NCBI RefSeq assembly: GCF_964188315.1
Contig: NC_135669.1
Location: forward strand, 16,926,001-16,990,000
Reading direction: 5' to 3'
DNA length: 64,000 nucleotides
Origin: Podarcis muralis
Lineage: Eukaryota
Part shown: positions 1 through 10,066 of the stretch, piece by piece
How positions within the stretch are numbered: position 1 is the first letter of the stretch
How the letters are laid out: each line of letters opens with the position of its first letter
Made by a program: the position numbers and the translations under genes
The notes under the pieces: generated by a model
The model's input: the letters and a program-made list of their open reading frames with translations, nothing else
Databases searched by the model: none
What the model was told of the DNA's origin: nothing

Positions 1-329
1 CCGAGGAAGCGCGGGACAAGCTGCGGGACCACGTGGACGAGCTGCGTGCCAAGGTGGCCCCCCACGCCGAAGACATGCGCCAGAGGCTGAGCCAGAAGCT
101 GCAGGAGCTCCGGGAGCAGGGCGCCCCCAGGTTGAGAGAGTTTCAGGCCGAGGCCCAGAAGCACTTCACTGCCCTGCGGGAGAAGATCGGACCCATGGTG
201 GAGAAGGTGCGTGAGCAACTGCCCAATAGCGTGGAAGGCTTCAAGACCTACGTGGAGGGCCTCATCGCCTCTGTGCAAAAGGCCGTGGAGGACGAGGTGA
301 AGAAGGGGCAGCAACAGCAGGCCGCCTAG
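1..329 (+). CDS. APOA1: Apolipoprotein A-I, last exon (5'-truncated by window edge; frame starts at 3)
   Basis: Reads EEARDKLRDHVDELRAKVAPHAEDMRQRLSQKLQELREQGAPRLREFQAEAQKHFTALREKIGPMVEKVREQL...QQQQAA*. These amphipathic 22-mers align to the chicken/human apoA-I C-terminus. Position upstream of an inverted APOC3 and then APOA4 matches known synteny. Confidence 0.93.
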   Translation, partial: EEARDKLRDHVDELRAKVAPHAEDMRQRLSQKLQELREQGAPRLREFQAEAQKHFTALREKIGPMVEKVREQLPNSVEGFKTYVEGLIASVQKAVEDEVKKGQQQQAA

Positions 330-663
330 AGAGAAGCATGGCAGCCCCTCTCCTTCCAGGATCCTGCCTGGACCTTTGGGCCTCCCTCTTCCCTCTGATC
401 AGGGTTCCTCTGAATAAGCACTGCCTCCCCACTTCGGTATTTATCGCTGACCTTTCCCACCCCACATTTTGACACCACAACCCTGGGTGGGTTAATGGGG
501 TGTGAGCAGGGAAAGGAGGGGTTGCAACTCCTCCCCACGCCCTTAAGACCCCAGCTGGAAGACCTCAGGCTGGAGTGGAAGAAAACCTAGCTTCTCTCCC
601 CCTCTTCTCCCCGCCGCCATCCCTACCTGCTCGGTCCAGTGCCTCTCTCCTTCTCTTTTGCCA

Positions 664-669
664 AATAAA
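664..669 (+). terminator. Probable APOA1 polyadenylation signal AATAAA
   Basis: First AATAAA after the APOA1 stop, followed by GT-rich sequence. Confidence 0.6.
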
Positions 670-1372
670 AAGCAACTTTAAGAGATATGGCTATTGTGTG
701 GTGGATGTCTGCTGCCATGAAGGGGTCTGGGAGCTGTGGGGCATGACTGGGGGGGGGGGTCAGAAGGGGGAGGGCAGTGAGAGGTGGGTAGGAATTGAGG
801 AATTGAAGCATTGGCATTTGGGGTGAGGGTGGGGATTCCGTTTGCAGGTTTTGCCAGTCCAAAGGTCTCATAAAACCCTCCTGGCTAGTTCTAACCCTCC
901 TGGCTAGTTCTGTGGGTGTCTCCCCACCATGCCCAATGTGTTAGTGGGGGAGGGAGGCCTGGACTGTGGGAGGGTGGGTCCTGAAGGGAGAGACTTGGAG
1001 GGAGAGCAGGCTGCTTCAGGTGCCAGAAGTTTTGGGATTAAAAGGAAGAGGGGGTTGTCTGCAGGCAAGGACAGCTGCCTCAAAGAGTTTCAGGCCATAT
1101 AGACCCCTGGATGAACTTGCTTGGGATGCAGCAATGCCCCCATGCAACAGCACAGCTGCCCAGTGCCCCTGCAATCTCTTGGCAAGGCCAAGTGGAAGAA
1201 GGGCTGCCGCCACTGTGTGAGACAGATTTGTGGGTCTTCAGAGTTGCTGCTGTTTATTCCCAGCTCTTGGAATCAAAAATATATTGGGACTGGGAAGAAC
1301 TAGAGGGAGTTTGGGAGTGGGGCAGAGCCAGGGAAGAAATCCCTGCCGTTTGAGGGCAAAGAGATCAGCCTT

Positions 1373-1375
<3 letters not shown>

Positions 1376-1427
<52 letters not shown>

Positions 1428-1430
1428 TGT
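1376..1430. repeat. Compound (CT)n(GT)n microsatellite
   Basis: Seen directly. Confidence 0.95.
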
Positions 1431-2119
1431 AGAGCCCACCACAGAAATATACACTCAACTCGGCAGTTTGTTTAAAAAACAAAACAGGGCAGCTAAACCT
1501 GAAAGTGAACAAGTGCCTAGCCAATTATTGCCTTGGCCATTTGCCCTCCTGGTGGCAGTGGCTGCTATGCCAACTGATCTTTGTCCTTAGGTAGCACAGG
1601 GCAGAACTTTTCCTCAACTCTCCTGTGGGTTGTGCTGGCAGATGGAGCCAGGAGGAGCTGCAGGAGACCCCCTGGCTAGGTGAAGATGCCTCCTCTTCTT
1701 GCTTGCTTGCCTGCGACCACCAAACCCACCAAATCTAGGTCACCACGAACACATCAAGGTTCTCTCCTGCCCCCTTCCTCAGATTCAGGCCAAATTCATC
1801 CCAACTGGCAGCAGGAGGGAAGGGATTAAGCAGGTGCCCTGATAGGGCGAAGTCTTGATTCTGGAGAGTGAGTTTTAACTGGAAAGGGTCTTTACCTAGG
1901 ATGCCTCCCCCTGCCCACTTACATAGCTGTTCAAGGAAGGGGATCCCACCCACATCTGGAAATGTGATTGTTTTGCTCTTGGGTGGTTCTGGTGGGAAAC
2001 CACTGAAAGCCTCCCAAAAAGTCTTTTTGAAAGTGTCCCTCTTGCTGCACCAAGACCTCTGACCATTTTGCTTTGTTGGTTCACAGCAAGAAACTCAACC
2101 ATGCAAAGGGTTTGCAAGA

Positions 2120-2125
2120 TTTAAT
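2120..2125 (-). terminator. Candidate APOC3 poly(A) signal ATTAAA
   Basis: TTTAAT on the + strand, about 200 nt past the APOC3 stop. Confidence 0.4.
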
Positions 2126-2326
2126 GGGGGGAAGTGCCACGCTTAATGAACATTGAGATGTCTGAGGGAAGGAGGGAGTGAAGGAGTGACTAGGCAGGGC
2201 AGGGAAAAGGAGAAACAGTGGCAAATGTTGAAATCCTTGCCCATCACTGAGGACAACTTTAGCACCCTGCCGCTGTACTGGGAAGGGCGAGAGATCCTCC
2301 TGGAATTGTGTGGAATCAAAATTCCA

Positions 2327-4542
2327 TCATGCTGCAGGTGCCGGCGTCTTCAAAAATGTGGCAATCTTCTCCTTTACACGGCCAAAGTATTGAACTGCAT
2401 TTGCCCAGCCGTTAGTGATCCATTCCCTAAAAGGCAGTAGGGGTGGATTGAAGGAAAAGGTGCATTTAATTGCTGCGGATCCCTCCCTAAAGGGTCACTT
2501 AGTGCAGTGTGACAAGTGAGAGCTTTTCTTGGTTTCATAAATTACCCCACCCCAACCCCTTTAGGAAAGTAGGAATTCCAAGCCCCCTGAAAGCCTGGCT
2601 ATTGCCAGAGTTCTACTATGCCCACTGTGTGTTGCAAGAACCTTCCATGTCTGCGGGCCCAGAAGTAGCCACCTCTGCCCCACGTGTTGTGACAGGCGCC
2701 AATAACACCTTTGGGGTCTCAGCAAGAGGCTGCTGCCCCAGAGGAGACAGTGGGTGGAAGCGAATAAGGGGCGCTCAAGGCTTCCCTTATGCCAAGGAGG
2801 GGATTCTAGGAAGGGGGGCAGGTTCAGGAGATAATCCTGTTTGCTGATACGTGCAGCCCCACACGGCATGCATCAAGGGTGCCATCTCACCCTCAGGATT
2901 GTGAGTGCCCACCACCATAACAAAGATGTGCAATGTCACACGCACGTGCCTGCATGTAGTGTGTGTGACGTCACACATTGGATTTTTGGAAGGGGGCTCC
3001 TCCGAAACCACAATGCAACATTGTGCATTGTGTGTGTGATGTCACACACACTATGTGCAGTTGTGTGCATGTGACATTGCATGTCAATGCTGTAGTGGCC
3101 AGCAGCTGTGCCTCCGAATTTGAGCCCCAACCTCGGAAACAGGTGACTCACTAGCTGGCTGCAAAGGGCGGAGCTGAACTGCTTCTCTCTTGGCTGGCTG
3201 GTTGGCTGTCACCAATTTTGCTCATTGACTTTGTGGCTCTGCTCATTATATTATTGCGGGTGCCTAAGCACCCATGGCCCCCTGGAGTTGGCTCCTATGG
3301 CATGCATCCACCCCCCAGCCCCGGTCCCCCCCTCCCTTCTGCTCTGTCCCAACTTTCCCCCTTCCTTGAGCTTGGAAGGCCTCCCCCACCTGGCCTGCTG
3401 GGCTGCCTCCGACTCTCGGAGGGTGGTGAAGCGCTCCTGGGTCTTTTGGATGGCTTGCTGGGCAAAGACTTGCACTTTGGCCACCAGGCTCTCCTTTGGG
3501 GCATCTTGAGCTTCTGCAAGACAAAAAAGAAAAGGGGGGCGGGATATGGAGCAAACATGCACTTTCATGCTCCCCTCCCTACACATACACTTCCCCCTCT
3601 TTTTGGGGGGAGAGGGGGACAGAATCTCAGCTGCCTTGTTGGTTGATTCCCCATGCCAAAGAAATAGGGGTGGGGGACCACATGGGTTGTGTGAATGATC
3701 TGTTCTTCCAGGTGCTTCCTATCTCCACCAGGTGTACCTTTGCCCCTAGCTTCAGCCAAGGAGTGATGCTCATGTAAGCTAGAGAGCCCGTGACACCCAG
3801 ACCCTCCAAGTGTCCCTATTTTCCAGGGTAAAGGTAAAGGGACCCCTGACCATTAGGTCCAGTCGTGGCCGACTCTGGGGTTGTGGCGCTCATCTCACTT
3901 TATTGGCTGAGGGAGCCGGCGTACAGCTTCTGGGTCATGTGGCCAGCATGACTAAGCCACTTCTGGCGAACCAGAGCAGCACACGGAAACGCCATTTACC
4001 TTTCCACCAGAGTGGTACCTATTTATCTACTTGCACTTTGACGTGCTTTCAAACTGCTAGGTTGGCAGGAGCAGGGACTGAGCAACGGGAGCTCACCCCG
4101 TCACGGAAATTCGAACCGCCAACCTTCTGATTGGCAAGTCCTAGGCTCTGTGCTTTAACCCACAGGGCCCCCACATCCCATTTTCTGGATTTACAGAAGC
4201 TGTCCTGGTTTCTCATTTGATCCCGGAATGCTCTGCTTTTCCTTAGGACGTCCCCTATCTTCATCGGAGAAATGTTGGGTGGGATGGTAGGATATCTCTA
4301 GTTTCATGGGAGAATTGTTGCAGGGCATTCAGTTGGTGGCCCTAAGGGGAGGGATCCCCTTTCCTCTTCCCACCAGGAACCAAGTAGAAGGCTGGATTTC
4401 AGTTGTGCCACTTGCACCCTCTTCCACACAGGCAGGCATGTGTGAGAGCAATACTGTTCTGGCACTGGGGTGGGGGTTTCTTACGTGCAAACGCAGCAAG
4501 CAGCGCCAGAAGGACAAAGAGCAGTGGAAGGGGCCTTCTCAT
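2327..4542 (-). CDS. APOC3: Apolipoprotein C-III, 93 aa; complement(join(2327..2426,3390..3513,4485..4542))
   Basis: MRRPLPLLFVLLALLAAFAQAQDAPKESLVAKVQVFAQQAIQKTQERFTTLRESEAAQQAREWITNGWANAVQYFGRVKEKIATFLKTPAPAA. All introns are GT-AG, and the 124-nt middle exon matches human APOC3 exon 3 in size and phase. The gene is inverted between APOA1 and APOA4. Confidence 0.93.
3827..4179 (-). mobile_element. Sauria SINE (APOC3 intron 2)
   Basis: Reverse-complement (ACCTTT)n tail AAAGGTAAAGG, conserved core CTATTTATCTACTTGCAC, and a tRNA-like head with B box. About ten related copies occur in the window. Confidence 0.9.
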
Positions 4543-4714
4543 TCTGTCGCTTGGCTGGACCTGTGATGGGAAGGAAAGGCAGGTCAGATTACCATTGGCC
4601 ATTGAAGGCCCAGAAGGCACCATCCCCAGTAGTCCGGGCCTGAGGCGAGGCCTGTGCTAGACTAGTGCCAGAGTCGTCATTCGGCTGTGCAGAACAGGGT
4701 GTTGAGAAGGAAGG

Positions 4715-4882
4715 CCTGCTGTAGCCCAGGGGTAGAACATCGGTTCTGATGCAGTTTTGTATCAGCTTTGCATGCTGAAGGTTGCAGGTTCGGTCCCCGC
4801 TTTCCAGTGACTCTATGTAGGTTTGGGAGAGACCCCACCTGACAAGACACTAGAGAACTTCTTGCTGCCAAGCCGTGCAGAT
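4715..4882 (+). mobile_element. Degenerate tRNA-derived SINE (Squam3-like)
   Basis: GCTGTAGCCCAGGGGTAGAACAT...GCTTTGCATGCTGAAGGTTGCAGGTTCGGTCCCC resembles a tRNA head with A and B boxes. Confidence 0.45.
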
Positions 4883-4900
4883 CATAGAATTGTAAGGTTG

Positions 4901-5622
4901 GTTTGTGTTGCAGATGTAAGGTATCAGATGGATCCTTCTATCATGTCTGGTGGGGATGTGATAAAATTAATTTTTTTGGGGGGGGGGGAAATATACATGA
5001 GGAACTGAAAAAAATGTTTAAAACAACAATTGGTAAGAAGCCAGAAACATTCCTTTTAGGAATTATAACAAATGACACCCCCAAGGACATGAAGAGAATC
5101 TTTTTAAATGCAATAGCTGCCGCAAGGTTATTGACTGCAAAAAATTGGAAATCAGAAGTACCAACATTGAAAGATTGGCAGTATACTTTTTTAAAAATGA
5201 TTGAATTAGCAAAAATGACGGCAACAATTAGAATGCAATCTAATCAAAATCTCAAACAGGAATGGAAATGTGTAGAAGAATACATGGCCAAAAGATGCTC
5301 CAACAAGAACTTATTGATATGTATAGAGTGTTTTCACAAAGTCAAGTCAAGTCAAGCTAAGCAGATATATAAGATTGAATATTTAACTATTAAGATACAA
5401 AATTACAATCTCAATAATAAAGTTACAAAATAATAACAAGGAAGTCACACACGGGTGGAGGGAAGACACAGGGCAAGAAATAAGAAATGGATGAATGTTG
5501 GTACATAATGAAATGTGAAAATGTGAATTTACGACTATAATGTATATGTATCATCATGTAAAGATTTCATATATGTATTGCAACATTAATAATAAATAAA
5601 TTAAGTGCAAAAAAAGAGTGAA
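4901..5622 (+). mobile_element. 5'-truncated L1-clade LINE (ORF2 C-terminus plus 3' UTR)
   Basis: ORF CCRCKVSDGSFYHVWWGC is a CCHC knuckle, followed by ...PTLKDWQ.... It has an A-rich tail and a near-perfect TSD AGAAT(T/C)GTAAGGTTGG at ~4886-4900 and ~5623-5638. Confidence 0.8.
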
Positions 5623-5662
5623 AGAATCGTAAGGTTGGAAGGGACCCTAGGGTCATCTAGTC

Positions 5663-6348
5663 CAGTGTTTCCCAACCTTTTTTGGGCAAAGGCACACTTG
5701 TTTGATGAAAAAAATCTTGAGGCACACCACCATTACAGCCCCGTGATGTCAGCGCGCAGCGTCACGCCAGGAGGGAAGGGCGCCGGGGCGCTGCTGCTGC
5801 TGCTGCCGCCGCCGCTCCCGGCAGGCATGGGCCCAGCTGAGGCGGCGGCGGCTGTTGTGGTGGTGGCGGCGATAGCGGGCGGAGGAGGGGGCGGCGGCGG
5901 GGCCGAGGTGGCCGGCGGCGGCGGGGGAGGCGGCGGCGGGTGGAGCAGGAGGGCGGCCGAGGCCAGTGAGGGAGTAGGGTTGCCCGGGGCTTGAGGAGCC
6001 GTCGCCGGGAGTTGCTGCTGCTGTTGTTGCTGCTGCTGCCCGGACATGCCGGCCTCCTCCTCGTCCGCTGTCTCGCGCTCCTCCCTTTTGCGCGCGCTGC
6101 CCCGCCGCCGCCCCATTGGCCGGGTCCTGTCAGCTGATCCTGTGTTATTTCCTGTGTGTGTGTGAGAGGGGAGAATGGAGAGAGAAACCTCGGCACCACC
6201 ACCGCGGAGCCGCCGCCGGCTCGACGCGGATCCTCGCCGCCACCGCCCCGCCTCTCGCCGCCCGACTCGCTCGCCTCCCTCCCACAGCACACCAGGCAAC
6301 GCCTCGCGGCACACTAGTGTGCCGCGGAACACCGGTTGGGAAACACTG
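5663..6348. mobile_element. Non-autonomous hAT (Charlie-like) DNA transposon with GC-rich captured cargo
   Basis: Perfect 15-bp TIRs (CAGTGTTTCCCAACC / GGTTGGGAAACACTG), perfect 8-bp TSD ATCTAGTC at 5655-5662 and 6349-6356, and a subterminal 22-bp palindrome at 6305-6326. Confidence 0.92.
5766..6047 (-). pseudogene. RANBP9: Captured RANBP9-like exon-1 fragment inside the hAT element
   Basis: MSG-polyQ-LP...SAALLLHPPPPPPPPPATSAPPPPPPPPA...SSSSSAPAPFPPG is collinear with the recalled human RANBP9 N-terminus (MSGQ...QQQQQQQQL...AAALLLHPPPPPPPATAAPPPPPPP...GSSAAAPFPHG). Similarity stops before the SPRY domain. Confidence 0.75.
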
Positions 6349-7184
6349 ATCTAGTCCAACCCCCTGCAATGCAGGAATCTCAACTAAAGCAGCCATGACA
6401 GATGGCCACCCATCTTAGAAACCTCCAAGGAATGAGAATCCACAAAGATACTGAGGCAGATGGACAGGCGTCTGACTTGGGATAAGACAGCTAGCTTCCT
6501 GTGTTCCTGAGTTCAATCCCACACCCAACTCTGCTACCAGGAGGGTGGGCATCAGCACTTAGTGGCAGAGCTCCCACCTGCCGTGCATGCAGGGGGTCTC
6601 AAGTTCCACCCCCACTCAGCAGCATCCAGAAGGTCTTTGGTGGCTGGGCTTAGAATGGGACTTTGCTTTACCTAACCCGGGACGGCACCTGCCAGTCAGA
6701 TTTGGCAAGGCTGGGGCCAAATATGCCATATATCTGCTTCAGGATAAGGTGCCCTGTTGTGCCCATTAGATGATCCAAACTGGTACCTTGGACCCAGCTC
6801 AATTCCAGACCAGATTGGGCAGAGCGTGGCCGGCTCAGCTGACTTGGCTTCCATGGGATCTTCTGATGCATAGATTGCAGCAGTTGCGCCTTGAAACTTC
6901 CACCAGCTATCTTTTAAAAGAACGAAAGGATCCTAGACTGACTATCTATCTCCCTTGCCCCTTCTCTATGCCTCTCTTCCTAGATGTGATGAGGCTGTTT
7001 GTGGGGAGCAGTGGGAGCCCTGAAGCTTGAAGTGTCATTGGGGGTGTGGGTGTGGGTGTTCTTTCGCAACCAGCAACAAAGTCAAGGTAAACACTGTTAC
7101 CTTTTTCGGTGGGGTTGTTCCACCATATCTTTACAGCATTTGTGCTACTGGCTCTCAGACTTTGGGGTTGTTGAAATATATATA

Positions 7185-7460
7185 CAGTGGTACCTCGGGT
7201 TAAGAACTTAATTTGTTCTGGAGGTCTGTTCTTAACCTGAAGCATCACTTCAGTGGTACCTCAGGTTACATACGCTTCAGGTTACACACTCCGCTACCTC
7301 AGGTTAAGAACTTTGCTTCAGGATGAGAACAGAAATCATGCAGCAACGGCGGCGGCAGTCGGAGGCCCCATTAGCTAAAGTGGTGCTTCAGGTTAAGAAC
7401 TGTTTTAGGTTAAGAACGGACCTCCAGAACGAATTAAGTTCTTAACCCGAGGTACCACTG
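7185..7460. mobile_element. Tc1/mariner (Tigger-like) MITE, family 1, internally rearranged
   Basis: TIRs CAGTGGTACCTCGGGTTAAG / CTTAACCCGAGGTACCACTG with TA TSD and an extra internal TIR copy at ~7251. Confidence 0.88.
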
Positions 7461-8099
7461 TACAACAAAAAAGAATCAATTTGACTTAGTTCAATGCAAC
7501 TGAAACTGAGTATACTAGACCCAATTTTTTTAAAAGCAATGTGTACTAAAGGTGCTTCTGGGGCCCCTCTGGGATTAAGGAACCTAAGGCTTAAGATTCA
7601 TTAGTTTCATAGTAGATCTGCCCCTGGTGGGGAGGGGAAAGCCCTCTGCACATCCCCAGAGTCACAATTCCTTCTAAGCTCAGACTGGTTTAGATTGATG
7701 TAAAAATTGAGGTTTGGCTTTTCCTGCCCAACTCCCCATGCCACCCTGAGTCTCCTAAGTCCATGATCGGTCAGAGAAGAATGGATGGAGGCAGGATCCA
7801 GTGGAAAGCAAGGCAGATATTTATTTTTTCTTTTGCAACAGAGTCCTCTCCCCTCCTTCCAAGCAGGGGGAGAGACCCTGAACAAAAGTGTGCAGGAAGC
7901 TTAAAATACTTTTGACATTGCCCAACCCCCTTTAACCAAAGACCACCCCAAAATCATCATACATACATCAGAGGAGGCAGTCTACAGCAGAAATCCTGTC
8001 TGCCAGGACACCTGATAATGGTCGCTGATTGCATTACCTGAGCGGTCTGGCCATTCTTTTGTGATGGTGATTACTTTAGTTCCTGAATCAGGCCACAGG

Positions 8100-8392
8100 C
8101 TCACCCTATTCATACACAAATACGCCCTCCTGCCAACTTAGCAGTTCGAAAGCACACCAGTGCAAGTAGATAAATAGGTACCACTGCAGCGGGAAGGTAA
8201 ACATTTCCATGCGCTCTGGTTTCCAACACGGTGTTCCATTGCACCAGAAGCAGTTTAGTCATGCTGGCCACATGACTCAGAAACCTGTCTGTGGACAATC
8301 GCTGGCTCCCTCAGCCTGAAAGCGAGATGAGTGCTGCAACCCCGTAGTTGCCTTTGACTGGACTTAACTGTCCAGGGGTCCTTTACCTTTAC
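8100..8392 (+). mobile_element. Sauria SINE (5'-degenerate)
   Basis: Core GTAGATAAATAGGTACC and tail CCTTTACCTTTAC. Confidence 0.8.
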
Positions 8393-8775
8393 GCCCTTAA
8401 AACAGGATTTGCAAGCGAAAAGACAATGGGAAGGCTTTCCCCATTTACCTCCCTAAATGCAGAGGAATATTTGAGGTCGCTGGGAGAGTCAAAATGGCTT
8501 CAGGATTGCTCTCCTGTACTATTTCAGACACATTTAGATACGTGTGCATTTATTGTATATTTGTTGTAGATTTGAGACCTTAGAATTCTTATAACAAGAT
8601 TAAGCCCTGGCTCCCCTGTTGGCAAAAGGTTGGGGTGAGCAGTTCCTCCTTCGGGGAATGTGCCTTTTTAAATGCACAAATTGGCCTGGAAGAAGTCAGG
8701 TGCTCCAAAACAGCTTGTGACTGAACAGTCTCCCTTCCTGTCCCCTTTGCTCAACCCAGTCTCTCCCACTCTTAC

Positions 8776-8871
8776 CTGTTCCTTCTTCTCAGGAGTTGCT
8801 GTCTGGCGCCTGCCTGGGCAGCTTCTCATTTATAAACCCCCAGGCTGTAGGGGCTATTGGACCAAAGGTCA
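8776..8871 (-). promoter_or_regulatory. APOC3: APOC3 non-coding exon 1 (ends 8776), TATA box (8828-8834) and HNF4/COUP-type DR1 (8859-8871)
   Basis: On the - strand: donor CAG|GTAAG at 8776/8775, TATAAAT, and TGACCTTTGGTCC, which closely resembles the human APOC3 proximal DR1 TGACCTTTGCCCA. Confidence 0.78.
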
Positions 8872-9089
8872 ACCAGGAGACCTGAGGGGAGGGGGACCAT
8901 CTCTTGCTGACTCCCCCCCCTCCTCCTGTCGCCATGTTTGCTCAGCTGAAGCCTGTGCTGGAGGTGGAGAAATCCTGTCTCTGCTACCAAGGTTCCTGCA
9001 TTGCTTTGTGGGCAGCCCCTGCCTGGCCCTCTCTGACTTTGGCACTGGTCTTCCTTATGGGATAGCAGATGGCTTTTCTTCCCAGGGAT

Positions 9090-9264
9090 CAGTGGTGTAG
9101 CATGGGGGGTGCAGGGGGGGCCGGCCGCACCGGGCGCAACATCTGGGGGTTAGGGTTAGGGGGCGCAAATCCACGGGTTAGGGTTAGGGGGCGCAAATCC
9201 ACGGGTTAGGGGGCACAAATTACTTGCCTTTCCCCGGGTGCTGACAACCCACGCTACGCCACTG
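9090..9264. mobile_element. hAT MITE with internal TTAGGG motifs
   Basis: TIRs CAGTGGTGTAGC / GCTACGCCACTG and a perfect 8-bp TSD CCAGGGAT at 9082-9089 and 9265-9272. Confidence 0.88.
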
Positions 9265-9619
9265 CCAGGGATAGCACTCTAGCCTTATCCTTTGCCCATG
9301 GATGGCAGGTACTCTTCTCCTTTGTTGAAGAAAGATGCTCCCGTCATCTTTGTTGCGTAAGAGTCAGGAAGAAACTGTGTGCCCAGGTTGGCGCTCTGTG
9401 CTGCTGAGTCTGGCACTGGTGAGCTTCCTTTTTTGCTTTTCACCAGTATTCTTCTTGAGGAAGAGTTCAGTGCAGCTCAAAAGCTTGCACATTGCATTGG
9501 CTCATTGTTGACCCTGAATAAAATATATCTCCTGTGCACCACAACCACCACCCTGCTCATTGTTTTGGGGAGCAGGAATTGATGCCTCTCTTGCTCTAGC
9601 AATGTTTGTACATATCCTT

Positions 9620-10005
9620 GCCTATTTGGGGCACGATGGAAGAATGGAGGGTGACATTAATGGAATATGCGGAACTTGATAAGCTAATGGGAAGGATCCG
9701 AAACCGGCGGGACCAGAAGTTTACGGAGGACTGGAGTAAATTCACGGATTATTTGAGAAGTATTTGCGATGACCAGACGATGTTTGTAGGTTTGCAAGAA
9801 GCTCTATGAGGAATAATATCAGAAATATTGCAAAAATGAAGGAGGAGATGGGATATGTTAAAAATGTAAAGGCAATATTAAGTTAGGAAATGCGTAAGAA
9901 GTGAATAAGATGGAGGATTATCAGAGGTGCTGATGGAAGTCCAATAAGAATGTATTTGTGATAATTTGTGTGGTATGTTTTATAATTTTGTATTTTAAAA
10001 CCAAT

Positions 10006-10060
<55 letters not shown>
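9620..10060 (+). mobile_element. L1-clade 3' fragment ending in (TA)n
   Basis: Encodes EEWRVTLMEYAELDKLMGRIRN...EDWSKFTDYL, followed by AATAAA and (TA)n. Confidence 0.7.

Positions 10061-10066
<6 letters not shown>

Larger units (their letters stand above)
5623..6430 (-). mobile_element. CR1-type 3' tail element, interrupted by the hAT element
   Basis: AGAATCGTAAGGTTGGAAGGGACCCTAGGGTCATCTAGTC continues after 6348 as CAACCCCCTGCAATGCAGGAATC. Related copies lie at ~22345-22550, 39578-39650 and ~46430-46630. Confidence 0.65.

Noticed and set aside
4903-5433. 176-aa ORF as a host gene
   Set aside because: It is the C-terminus of L1 ORF2 in a 5'-truncated insertion with a TSD.
5605-5994. + strand Gly/Ala-rich ORF across the hAT boundary
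   Set aside because: It crosses the TIR and is the antisense reading of the captured poly-Pro fragment.
9140-9215. Interstitial telomere or chromosome-fusion scar
   Set aside because: Only a few TTAGGG units, enclosed by hAT TIRs and an 8-bp TSD.
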